Source of the DNA: Deferrisomatales bacterium
GTDB taxonomy: Bacteria > Desulfobacterota > Deferrisomatia > Deferrisomatales > JACRMM01
NCBI GenBank assembly: GCA_033551855.1
Contig: JAWSUI010000001.1
Coordinates: 96,001 to 160,000, forward strand
DNA length: 64,000 bases
Reading direction: 5' to 3'
Position numbers and translations under genes: made by a program. The notes beneath the pieces were generated by a model. That model saw only the letters and a list, made by a program, of their open reading frames with translations. It was not told where the DNA came from and did not search any database. Every line of letters starts with the position of its first letter. The first letter of the stretch is position 1. Shown one piece after another: positions 52,066 to 64,000 of the stretch.

Positions 52066-52503
52066 TCAGGACCTGGAGAGGGCGACGTCGCGCAGGACAC
52101 CGATCTCGAGCTGCGCGTCGTCGAGGACGGCCTTGAGGACGTCCCGCTGGCTCAGTACACCGAGGAGCGCGCCCCCCTGGATCACCGGGAGGTGGCGGAT
52201 GCTGAGCCGGCCCATGGTCCGCATGGCATCTCGCAGGGAGTCACCCGGCCCCATCACCGTGACGTCGCGGGTCATGAAGTCGGCCACTACCGCCCCGGCA
52301 GCTTGGTCCCCTCGCTCCGCCAGGGCCCGCGCCAGGTCCCGCTCTGAGAGAATCCCCAGGAGCTTACCCATCGGGTCGGTCACCGGCAAGGCTCCGACGC
52401 GATGCTCGGTGACGAGCTGGGCGACCCGCTGAATAGAGTCGTCGGGGCTGCAGGTGAAGACTCTCTGCGTCTTCTTCTTCCTAAGAAGCTCGCTGACCTT
52501 CAT
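52066..52503 (-). CDS. CBS domain protein
   Basis: VGALPV...GILSERD, MTRDV, IRHLPV...LSQRD. Confidence 0.92.
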   Translation of the reverse strand: MKVSELLRKKKTQRVFTCSPDDSIQRVAQLVTEHRVGALPVTDPMGKLLGILSERDLARALAERGDQAAGAVVADFMTRDVTVMGPGDSLRDAMRTMGRLSIRHLPVIQGGALLGVLSQRDVLKAVLDDAQLEIGVLRDVALSRS

Positions 52504-52724
52504 GGGCCTCCTCCTTGTCGGGGTGGCGCGGGAGGGTTGCGGTTCCCGCGAGGAACCTTACCGGGCCGCCGGGACTCGGCAAGTCACTTCCTTGGATGCC
52601 GGGGGGAGAGGTTCTCCCGGGAGCGTCCGCAAGCCTCCCGCCCCCGTGTGATGCCCCCGGACCGCGTGCACAGACCTGGCGGGGCCGGAGAATGCTGACC
52701 CACCCGGCTGTTTCCCGGAAGTGC

Positions 52725-52755
52725 GAAAAAGAAGGACGTTCCCGCCGGAACGCCC
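52725..52755 (-). terminator. Rho-independent terminator of the atp operon
   Basis: Minus strand: GGGCGTTCC-GGCG-GGAACGTCC followed by TTCTTTTT. Confidence 0.7.
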
Positions 52756-52783
52756 CTCGCTTCCCGTGAGGCGCCGGCCCGCC

Positions 52784-53197
52784 TCAGCGCCGGCGACCGC
52801 CCACCTGGAGCTGGTTCATCGCCCGCTCCATCTTGGCTTCGGCCTCCAAATACTCCTTTGCCTCCCGGGAGTAGGTCTGCAGCTCCTTCTCGGCCTCGGC
52901 CTTCAATGCTTCGGCCGCTTGAATGTCAATCTCTGCGGGGAACTCGGCCTCCTCGGCCAGCACGGTCACCTTCGCGTGCTGGATCTCGGCGAAACCGCGG
53001 CGGACCGCGAGAAAGTGCTCCTCGGAGCCGATCCGGTACATCAGCTCCCCCACCCCGAGGGCGGTGAAGAACGGCGTGTGCCCGCTCAACACACCGAACT
53101 CCCCCTCGGCGCCCGGGGCGGTGATCTCGGAGACCTCGTCCGCCACGAGCTGCCGGTACGGGGTGACGACCTCCAGGCGAAACGTGTCCTTTGCCAT
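52784..53197 (-). CDS. atpC: ATP synthase epsilon
   Basis: LEVVTP, GEFGVLSGHTP. Confidence 0.95.
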   Translation of the reverse strand: MAKDTFRLEVVTPYRQLVADEVSEITAPGAEGEFGVLSGHTPFFTALGVGELMYRIGSEEHFLAVRRGFAEIQHAKVTVLAEEAEFPAEIDIQAAEALKAEAEKELQTYSREAKEYLEAEAKMERAMNQLQVGGRRR

Positions 53198-53213
53198 GGT
53201 GCTTCTCCGGGCC

Positions 53214-55623
<2,410 letters not shown>

Positions 55624-55639
55624 CCCCGATTCTCCGCCG

Positions 55640-57151
<1,512 letters not shown>

Positions 57152-57158
57152 GGTGGTC

Positions 57159-57701
57159 TCACCCCTTGATCAGAGTTTCTCTCATGCGTTCGAGTTGGGT
57201 GCGCAGGCTGCCGTCGAAGACGAGGTTGCCCACGCGGGCCACCACCCCGCCCAGGAGGGACGGGTCGACGTGGAGCTCGAGCTCCACGTCCTTGCTCAAC
57301 GCCTTGGCAAGCGCTTGGCGCAAGGCCAACACCTGGTGGTCGTGCAGCGGCATCGGCGTGGCGGCTTGTCCGCGCACGCGGCCATCGGCCTCATCGCGCA
57401 TGGCGGAGAAGGCGCGGAGCACGTCACCGAGCTGAGGGAGCTGACGCGCCCCCAGGAGAACCCGGAGGAAGTTGGCGGCCAGCCGATCGAAGGACGCGGA
57501 CGCCAGGACGGCCTCGAGGACCTCGGCCTTGGCCGGGCGGGGCAGGATCGGGCTGAGGAGCGCCGTGCGGAGGTCCTCCTGGGAAGACAGGGCCTCCTGC
57601 ACGCTCGCCAGTTGGTCGGCCACCTCGGCCGTCTTGCCCGCCTCCTGGGCCAGCTCGAAGAGCGCCTTGGCGTAGCGCTGGGCGATTCGCGACCGGATCA
57701 A
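57159..57701 (-). CDS. atpH: ATP synthase delta
   Basis: [17 protein letters not shown]...[11 protein letters not shown] start overlapping the atpF stop. Confidence 0.93.
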   Translation of the reverse strand: MIRSRIAQRYAKALFELAQEAGKTAEVADQLASVQEALSSQEDLRTALLSPILPRPAKAEVLEAVLASASFDRLAANFLRVLLGARQLPQLGDVLRAFSAMRDEADGRVRGQAATPMPLHDHQVLALRQALAKALSKDVELELHVDPSLLGGVVARVGNLVFDGSLRTQLERMRETLIKG

Positions 57702-58267
57702 TGGACCCTCCCGATGTTCTGGATGGTGAGCTCCACCGCCTTCTTCTGGTCTTCCGCCGTGTAGGCCTTGGCCAGGAGCTGCTCCGCCAACTGCACGGAG
57801 AGGGTGGCAACCTCGGTCCGGAGCTCGTCGGTCGCCCGCTTGAGCTCGTGGGCGGCAGCCGACTCCACCTGCCGTCGGATGGACTCGGCGGCCTTCTCGG
57901 CGTCGGCCACGAGGCGGCCGCGCTGGCGCTCCCCCTCGGCCTGGAAGTCTGCGTGAATGGTCCGAATCTCTGCCTGCAGGTCCGCGACGCGGGCCTTGTA
58001 CTCCTGGTAGCGGGCCTCGGCGGCATCCCGCGCCTGGAGGGCTTCCTCCAGCTCCTTCTTGATCGAGTCGCGACGCTGGGCCAGGGCCTGGGTTATGGGC
58101 TTGCGCAGGAAGTAGTACAGCAGGCCCAGGAGGATGCCGAAGTTGACGAACTTCATCGTCAGGTCGTACAGGGGTGGGCGGCCGGTTCCTTCGGCAGCGG
58201 CCCACAGGACGGCAGGGGCGAGGAGCGCCCCGAGGGTCAGGAGCAGTGTCAAGGCGCGACGGCCCAT
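57698..58267 (-). CDS. atpF: ATP synthase subunit b
   Basis: KFVNFGILLGLLYYFLRKPI followed by a coiled coil. Confidence 0.9.
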   Translation of the reverse strand: MGRRALTLLLTLGALLAPAVLWAAAEGTGRPPLYDLTMKFVNFGILLGLLYYFLRKPITQALAQRRDSIKKELEEALQARDAAEARYQEYKARVADLQAEIRTIHADFQAEGERQRGRLVADAEKAAESIRRQVESAAAHELKRATDELRTEVATLSVQLAEQLLAKAYTAEDQKKAVELTIQNIGRVH

Positions 58268-58692
58268 CAGACGGCCCTCCCGAGGATGCGTTGGGCGATG
58301 GATTCGGCGACCTGCCCGGCTTGGGCTCGGAGGGACCGCCGCGCCTCCTCTGCCTCGCCGCGCAAGCGGGCTCGGACCTGGGCCACGGCCTTGTCCGCCT
58401 CAGCGGTGGCCGCGGCCAGCAGACGGTCCCTCTCGGTCTCGCCCTGGCGGACGAGCTGGGTGCGGGACCGGTCGGCATCGGCCTTGGCAGCGTGAATGCG
58501 CTTCTGGTAATCGTCCCAGATGGCCTGGGCTTCGCTCTCGAGCTGTGCCGCCTTCGTCCGGCGCCCCTCGGTTCGCTCCCTCCGTTCCTCGAGGACCCGC
58601 AGCATGGGCCGGAAGAGGATGCGGTTCAGGAGGTACATGAGGAGCAGGAAGTTGACGAGCTGGACGACCAGGGTGGCATTGATGTTGATCAC
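58267..58692 (-). CDS. atpF2: ATP synthase subunit b'
   Basis: INATLVVQLVNFL...LFRP followed by a coiled coil. Confidence 0.9.
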   Translation of the reverse strand: MININATLVVQLVNFLLLMYLLNRILFRPMLRVLEERRERTEGRRTKAAQLESEAQAIWDDYQKRIHAAKADADRSRTQLVRQGETERDRLLAAATAEADKAVAQVRARLRGEAEEARRSLRAQAGQVAESIAQRILGRAV

Positions 58693-58794
58693 GGACCGAT
58701 CCTCCGTAACCCGGGGGCAGAGCGGCCGCGATCATACACGAACGCCTTGGGTGAATCAAACGGGATTCGGTGCTGCCGAGACGATTTTCCCGTG

Positions 58795-59049
58795 TCAGAC
58801 CACGAAGATCAGGAGCAGGGCAATCACGAGGGAGTAGATCCCCGTGGATTCGGACACGGCTTGCCCTACGAGCATCGTGCGGGTGAGCAGGTTGGCGTGC
58901 TCGGGGGCTCGGGCGATCCCTTCGCAGGCCTTGCCGGCCGCGAAGCCTTCGCCGATACCGGGGCCTATGGCGCCGAAGCCCATGGCGATGCCTGCGCCCA
59001 ACAGGGCGGCGGCGCGGATGACGTCGGGTCCGCTGATCTCTGGGGTCAT
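58795..59049 (-). CDS. atpE: ATP synthase subunit c, Na+-type signature (84 aa)
   Basis: GPGIGEG and QAVSESTGIY; RBS GGAGG. Confidence 0.95.
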   Translation of the reverse strand: MTPEISGPDVIRAAALLGAGIAMGFGAIGPGIGEGFAAGKACEGIARAPEHANLLTRTMLVGQAVSESTGIYSLVIALLLIFVV

Positions 59050-59077
59050 GGGATACCTCCGGCAGGAAGCAAGATGT

Positions 59078-60064
59078 TCAAACGACGTATAGAAGTAGAA
59101 GGGCGACGAGAAGCCCGTAGACGGCGGTGGACTGGCTGACGGCCTGGCCAACGAGCATGGTGCGCACCAGGACTGGCGAGAGGTCCGGGCGACGGCCGAT
59201 GGCACGGCAGGCGGCGGCGGCGGCCGAACCGGAACCGATCCCGGGGCCCGTGGCGGCGAGGCCGGCCGAGATCCCGGCACCGAGCAGGGCTGCAACCGCC
59301 GCCAGGCTGCCGGCGCCCGCATCTCCCGGGTGGGCGAAGACGAGCAGAAAAGCGACGAGCAGTCCGAAGATCGACGGCGTCTGGGCCACGGCCTGTCCCA
59401 TCAGCATAGCACGCAGCAGGGAGGCGTAGCCCGCCGGGCGGCGGGCTATGGCGTGGCAGGCGGCGGCGGCGGTCATCCCGGAGCCGAGGCCGGGCCCAAC
59501 GGCCGAGACGCCGGCCGAGATGGCTGCCGCCGCCAGGGCGGAAGCGGCGCTCGAGAGGGAGCCTGCCGCTTCGAGAGGGACGGCGAAGAGCAAGAGAAAG
59601 GCCATGACGAGGGCAAAGATGGCCGGGGTCTGGGCCACGGCTTGCCCCACGAGCATGGCGGTGGTGACGCGGCCCGCGGCCTGGGGGTGGCGGGCGATGC
59701 CCTTGCAGGCCGCAGCGCCGGCGAGGCCGGCCCCCAGGCCCGGGCCCAGTGCCCCGACGCCCATGCACAGGCCGGCGGCCCCCAGGGCGGCGGCTTGGAG
59801 GAGGCTGGGGACCGGCCGGGCGGTGAACAGGAGCAGCACCGCCACGACGAGGGCGAAGATGCTGGCGGACTCCGCCACGGCCTGGCCCACCAGCATGGTG
59901 CGCTGCACCCTGTGGGCGACGGCCGGCTGCCGCGCGATGGCCGCTGCCGCCGCTTCGGCGGTGCGGCCTTCGCCGATCGCGGCGCCGATGGCCCCCAGAC
60001 CGATGCACAGGCCGGCACCCAACACCGCCGCCGCCTGGGTCCACGCAGCAGGGTCCACGCTCAC
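59078..60064 (-). CDS. Quadruplicated subunit c (four fused hairpins, one Glu site)
   Basis: Four repeats of GxGxG...IAR.P...MLxGQAV; E65 in repeat 1, Q145/Q228/Q311 in repeats 2-4. Confidence 0.93.
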   Translation of the reverse strand: MSVDPAAWTQAAAVLGAGLCIGLGAIGAAIGEGRTAEAAAAAIARQPAVAHRVQRTMLVGQAVAESASIFALVVAVLLLFTARPVPSLLQAAALGAAGLCMGVGALGPGLGAGLAGAAACKGIARHPQAAGRVTTAMLVGQAVAQTPAIFALVMAFLLLFAVPLEAAGSLSSAASALAAAAISAGVSAVGPGLGSGMTAAAACHAIARRPAGYASLLRAMLMGQAVAQTPSIFGLLVAFLLVFAHPGDAGAGSLAAVAALLGAGISAGLAATGPGIGSGSAAAAACRAIGRRPDLSPVLVRTMLVGQAVSQSTAVYGLLVALLLLYVV

Positions 60065-60735
60065 TCCTGGAGGGCCACGGAAATGTATGTGAGGGTGAGC
60101 ATCGCGAAGACGAAGGCCTGCACGGTGCCCACGAAGAGGCCAAAGAACGCGCTGAGCAGGGGCGGGAAGATGAGGTGGTGGACGAGGTGGCTCACGACGA
60201 GGATGATGATCGAGCCCCCCATCACGTTCCCGTAGAGGCGAAAAGACATGGAGACGACCTTCGCCGCTTCACCAATCACGTTGAGAGGGAACATGAAGAA
60301 GAACGGCTGAAAGTACTCTTTGAGGTAGGCGCGCCAGCCCTTGGCCTTTACCGCCGCCGCTTGAGCTGTCAGGAAGGCGATTAGAGCCAGGATCAAGGTG
60401 GTGTTGAGGTCCTTTGTGGGTTCTTGCAGGAACGGGATCATCCCCAGCCAGTTGGAAATCAGGATGAAGATGAACAGGGTCAGGACCAACGGGTAGTAAC
60501 GGGGACCCCGTTTGCCGAGGGTTTCCCGGACCAGGTCCCGGAAGCCCCCGACCACGACTTCGGCCAAACTCTGGAGGGCCCCGGGCACCAGGGTGGGGCG
60601 GCGCGAGACCGCCATCCCGAGGGCGACGAGCACGGCCATGACGACCCAGGACATCAGGAGGGTGGTCGCGTTCAAGACGACGTCGCGACCGGCGAAGGGA
60701 AGAACCCAGTGGGGGATGTGGGTGATGGCTTCCAT
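60061..60735 (-). CDS. atpB: ATP synthase subunit a
   Basis: PTKDLNTT, PLNVIGE, SMSFRLYGN, VQAFVFAMLTLTY. Confidence 0.95.
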   Translation of the reverse strand: MEAITHIPHWVLPFAGRDVVLNATTLLMSWVVMAVLVALGMAVSRRPTLVPGALQSLAEVVVGGFRDLVRETLGKRGPRYYPLVLTLFIFILISNWLGMIPFLQEPTKDLNTTLILALIAFLTAQAAAVKAKGWRAYLKEYFQPFFFMFPLNVIGEAAKVVSMSFRLYGNVMGGSIIILVVSHLVHHLIFPPLLSAFFGLFVGTVQAFVFAMLTLTYISVALQE

Positions 60736-60757
60736 GGCCGGACCCTCGGAGGGAGGC

Positions 60758-61141
60758 TCAATCGCCCCCGCAGGGGCCCAGAAGGCTGCCCGCGAGGAGA
60801 ACGGCGGGCCCCGCGAAGAGGCCGAGTGCGGCGGACCCGAGGGAAACCCCGGGGAGGGCGTAAGCGGCTCCCAGGGCGCCGGCCCGCAGGCCGGTTCGCA
60901 GGAGCGACCCCAATCGGGCGCGCCGGCCGGCCAGGCGCGGGGGCGCCGTGACGTGGCGGGCGATCTGCGTTCCGAGCAGATGCACAGCCGCTGCGCTCGC
61001 GAGGCTCCCGAGCAAGAAGCCCTTGGCCTCCGGCGATCCACCGAGCAAGCCCAGCAGAGCGGCACCGCCCAGTCCGAGGAGCCCCGCCCCGGCAGCGGCT
61101 CCGAGACGAAACCGGCGGAAGACATCGACGGTGGAAGTCAC
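60758..61141 (-). CDS. atpI: ATP synthase accessory protein I (4-TM)
   Basis: Hydrophobic about 127-aa ORF between atpZ and atpB. Confidence 0.65.
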   Translation of the reverse strand: MTSTVDVFRRFRLGAAAGAGLLGLGGAALLGLLGGSPEAKGFLLGSLASAAAVHLLGTQIARHVTAPPRLAGRRARLGSLLRTGLRAGALGAAYALPGVSLGSAALGLFAGPAVLLAGSLLGPCGGD

Positions 61142-61410
61142 CGTTGCCTCCTCTCGGCCCGGCGCCCCGTCTCGGTGACGATCCGGTAGACAGCCCAGAA
61201 GCCGGAAAGGGCCCCCAGGGGAATGAAGAGGGCTTTCCAGAGCCCCCGGTGCCCGGTCCACTGGTCGAGGTAGTACCCCAAGGCAAAGCCGATGCCCACC
61301 GCGGCGACCATCGTCAGGCCCAAATGCGTGAGGAGGCCGAGGTGCTCCATGAGGTCCTTCATCTCCTTGGGATTGAAGTTCCTCTTGCGTGTCGGCTGGT
61401 TAGGTACCAT
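61138..61410 (-). CDS. atpZ: AtpZ/AtpI-like small membrane protein
   Basis: GIGFALGYYLDQWTG...LGALSGF; start uncertain. Confidence 0.8.
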   Translation of the reverse strand: MVPNQPTRKRNFNPKEMKDLMEHLGLLTHLGLTMVAAVGIGFALGYYLDQWTGHRGLWKALFIPLGALSGFWAVYRIVTETGRRAERRQR

Positions 61411-61446
61411 TGGGTCCTCGGGGTGTCAAGGCAGAGGGCGGTCCGT

Positions 61447-61620
61447 GGATCCCCCGCCTGCTCGGCAAGCGGGGTCCGGGAGCCCCTACGTTTCGCCCCG
61501 CAATCCGCAGCGGTTCGACCAGGTGTCCTCGCATGCCACTGTGCGCCGGGCTTCAACCGTTTCCGCGGATTCGCCGGCCGGGCGGCCGCGGGTGGGGGGG
61601 CCCGGTAGGCCTCCGGAAGC
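61447..61620. repeat. Repeat family 2, copy 3 (upstream of the atp operon -35 box)
   Basis: Aligns with 21234-21410; TTGACA on the minus strand at 61424-61429. Confidence 0.7.
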
Positions 61621-61754
61621 ACTGGATTTCTCTGGAGATTCTCAGGTCGACGCAGCGGAGGGGGATGTGGCCCCACAGCGGGCAGCACGCGCCAGACCGC
61701 CGTCCGGAGCGGGCGGAGGGCTCTCCTGCTTGGGAGAGGCACCGGGGGGCTCAC

Positions 61755-62612
61755 TCAGCGGCCGGATGCCTCGAGGAGGGACAGGAGGCGATCCAAGTCG
61801 TCCAGACTGCGGTAGTCGATGCGGATGCTGCCGGCCCCCTTCTTCTTGGCCGGCTGCACGGACACCCGGGTGCCCAGTCGGCGGCCGAGGCGGTCCTCGA
61901 GCGCTCGTACGTTGGGGTCCTTCGGCGGTGCGGGGGCAGGTCCCGCCGCAGGCCTTCGCGCGAGGGCCTCCGCCTCCCGCACGGACAGACCGCGGCGGAG
62001 GACCTGGCGGAGCAACTCGAGTCGGGCCGCGTCTCCGGTGACGGTGAGAAGGGCGCGGGCGTGGCCGGCGGAGAGGGTGCCGTCGCGCAGGGCCTGGAGC
62101 GCCTCCTCCGGCAGCCCCAGCAGCCGCAAGGCGTTTGCAACGGCGGCCCGGGACTTCCCGATTCGGGCGGCGAGGGCCTCCTGGGAGAGCCGGGCTCGGT
62201 CGAGAAGCAGTCGGTAAGCCTGGGCCTCCTCTACAGGATTGAGGTCCTCGCGCTGGAGGTTCTCCACCAAGGCCATTTCAAGGACTTCGTCTTCGTCGGC
62301 CTGGCGCACGATCGCAGGAACCTCGGTCAGCCCGGCGCGCTGGGCGGCTCGCCAGCGGCGCTCGCCCGCGATGAGCTCGTAGGCGCCGGACGCGGACCGT
62401 CGCAAGATCACGGGTTGGATGAGCCCCTTCTCGCGAATCGACTGCGCGAGCTCCTCGAGCGTCCCGTCCGGAAAGTGCTGGCGGGGTTGGTGGGGGCTCG
62501 GGTGAATCTCCTCCACGGGGCAGAGGAAGAACTCTCCTTCCAGGCGGTCGGGGAGCAGGGCGTCGAGCCCCGAGCCGAGGGCAGGGCGGGGGCGTTTCGC
62601 GGTCTGAGCCAT
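61755..62612 (-). CDS. parB: Chromosome partitioning protein ParB
   Basis: [31 protein letters not shown]. Confidence 0.96.
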   Translation of the reverse strand: MAQTAKRPRPALGSGLDALLPDRLEGEFFLCPVEEIHPSPHQPRQHFPDGTLEELAQSIREKGLIQPVILRRSASGAYELIAGERRWRAAQRAGLTEVPAIVRQADEDEVLEMALVENLQREDLNPVEEAQAYRLLLDRARLSQEALAARIGKSRAAVANALRLLGLPEEALQALRDGTLSAGHARALLTVTGDAARLELLRQVLRRGLSVREAEALARRPAAGPAPAPPKDPNVRALEDRLGRRLGTRVSVQPAKKKGAGSIRIDYRSLDDLDRLLSLLEASGR

Positions 62613-62635
62613 GGGGGTCCTCTGGGGGCGCCGCC

Positions 62636-63421
62636 CTAAGCGGCGACGGGGGGCTGTGGGGCCGCCGGCCGGATCAGCTCCCTGGCCATGCGCAGGTAGC
62701 CCTGGGCCCCGCTGGAGCGGATGTCGTACAGGAGGGCCGGCTTCCCGTGGCTCGGCGACTCACTCAGGCGCACGTTGCGGGGGATGACCGAGCGGAAGAC
62801 CTTGTCCTTGAAGTGGCGCTTGACCTCGTCGGCCACTTGGTGGCTGAGGTTGTTTCGGGGATCGAACATGGTGAGCAGAATCCCCTCGATCTCCAGCCGG
62901 GGGTTGAAGCCGCGCTTGACCGTCCGGACCGTGTGGAGGAGCTGGGAGAGCCCCTCGAGGGCATAGTATTCGCACTGGAGGGGGATGATGACGGCGTCGG
63001 ATGCCACCAGGGCATTGATGGTGAGCAGACCAAGGCTCGGGGGGCAGTCCACCAGGATGTAATCGTACTCTTGTCGAACGGGCGCGAGGGCCTCCCGGAG
63101 ACGGAACTCCCTCCGATTCGCGGTGACGAGCTCGACCTCCGCCCCGGACAGGTCGCGGGAGGCCGGCACCAGGAACAAGTGGCCCAAGGCGGTGGAGCGG
63201 GTCGCGGAGGCTGCGGGAGCCTGCCCCGTCAGGACGTGGTAGGAGGTGAGCTCCCCGGGCCCTGCCCGCTGTCCCAGCCCGCTGGTCGCATTGGACTGGG
63301 GGTCCGCGTCGAAGAGGAGCACCCTCTTCTCCGCAGCGGCGAGGGACGCGGCGAGGTTCACGGCGGTGGTGGTCTTGCCGACGCCGCCCTTCTGGTTGGC
63401 CAACGAGAGAATGCGAGCCAT
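62636..63421 (-). CDS. parA: Chromosome partitioning ATPase ParA/Soj
   Basis: NQKGGVGKTTT, DPQSN, DCPPSLG, QCEYYALEG. Confidence 0.96.
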   Translation of the reverse strand: MARILSLANQKGGVGKTTTAVNLAASLAAAEKRVLLFDADPQSNATSGLGQRAGPGELTSYHVLTGQAPAASATRSTALGHLFLVPASRDLSGAEVELVTANRREFRLREALAPVRQEYDYILVDCPPSLGLLTINALVASDAVIIPLQCEYYALEGLSQLLHTVRTVKRGFNPRLEIEGILLTMFDPRNNLSHQVADEVKRHFKDKVFRSVIPRNVRLSESPSHGKPALLYDIRSSGAQGYLRMARELIRPAAPQPPVAA

Positions 63422-63556
63422 GGACACCTCCCAACGCGGGACGTTACCACAGGGCCGGCGAGGAGGGAACGGGCTTGCGCGAACCTGTGGCGGGCGGTCC
63501 CCACGGGGTTGTGCGGGGGGGGCGGGACGCGCGCAGGAACCCGGTTCGTGCCGCGG

Positions 63557-63572
63557 TGTTTCACGTGAAACA
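63557..63572. promoter_or_regulatory. parS site
   Basis: Perfect palindrome TGTTTCACGTGAAACA between rsmG and parA. Confidence 0.95.
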
Positions 63573-63585
63573 GCCCCGGGGGGGC

Positions 63586-64000
63586 TCAGTCGATCCTCCG
63601 ATATACTTGCAGTCGTCGGGGCCCGGCGCCGGGGGGGGGTGGGTACTCCAGATCCTCCACCGAGCTCCAGCCGATAGGCGGCTCCGCGGGGCCGGACCCC
63701 AGGAGCAGGAAGACGTCGCCCGAGGGAGCGAGGAAAGGGCGCGCGGACTTCAGCAGGGAGTGTGGGGCGGCCAAGGCCCTGGCGGTGACGGACGCAAAGC
63801 TCCCGGCCAGCTCGGGCTGTTCCCGAAGGGCTTCTTCGTGACGGGACTGCACCACACGGACCCGGCCGAGGCCCAGGACCCGGACCGCGTGGCGCAGGAA
63901 GCTCGCGCGCTTGCCCAGGGGCTCCAGGCAGACCACCACGGCGCCGGGCCACGCCAGAGCGATGGGGAGGGCCGGAAGGCCGGCGCCGCTGCCGATGTCC
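63586..64000 (-). CDS. rsmG: 16S rRNA m7G527 methyltransferase RsmG (5' end outside the window)
   Basis: DIGSGAGLP, E..GKRASFL, VTARAL; precedes parA. Confidence 0.9.
   Translation of the reverse strand, partial: DIGSGAGLPALPIALAWPGAVVVCLEPLGKRASFLRHAVRVLGLGRVRVVQSRHEEALREQPELAGSFASVTARALAAPHSLLKSARPFLAPSGDVFLLLGSGPAEPPIGWSSVEDLEYPPPPGAGPRRLQVYRRID

Overview
A 64-kb chromosomal window from a high-GC, deltaproteobacterial-like bacterium (Deferrisoma/Desulfobacterota-like, inferred from gene content). It spans the replication origin: gyrB-recF-dnaN-[oriC]-dnaA lies on the left and rsmG-[parS]-parA-parB plus a complete F1Fo ATP synthase operon lie on the right. Between them are housekeeping genes: tRNA-Phe, rsmE, selB, lapAB-like, gpmI, comF, M23 peptidase, moaA, PBP1A, tolB-pal-cpoB, icd-gltA, an acyl-CoA dehydratase/radical-SAM cluster, a TPR-ExbB-ExbD-TonB-FtsB-GGDEF operon, SAM-I riboswitch-metX, fur and nifUS. 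The standout feature is in the ATP synthase. It has a normal Na+-type c subunit plus a second 328-aa rotor gene of four fused c hairpins, of which only the first keeps the ion-binding Glu and only the last keeps the partner S-T-x-x-Y residues. This predicts a hybrid c-ring with three consecutive dead sites. Non-coding DNA holds a 209-bp MITE family with 8-bp target duplications, a second older repeat sitting just upstream of sigma70-like promoters, and heptamer inverted arrays in empty and cargo-filled states. There are also several pseudogenes (four-helix bundle, UPF0158, fdhD remnant). All calls are by eye; no searches were run.
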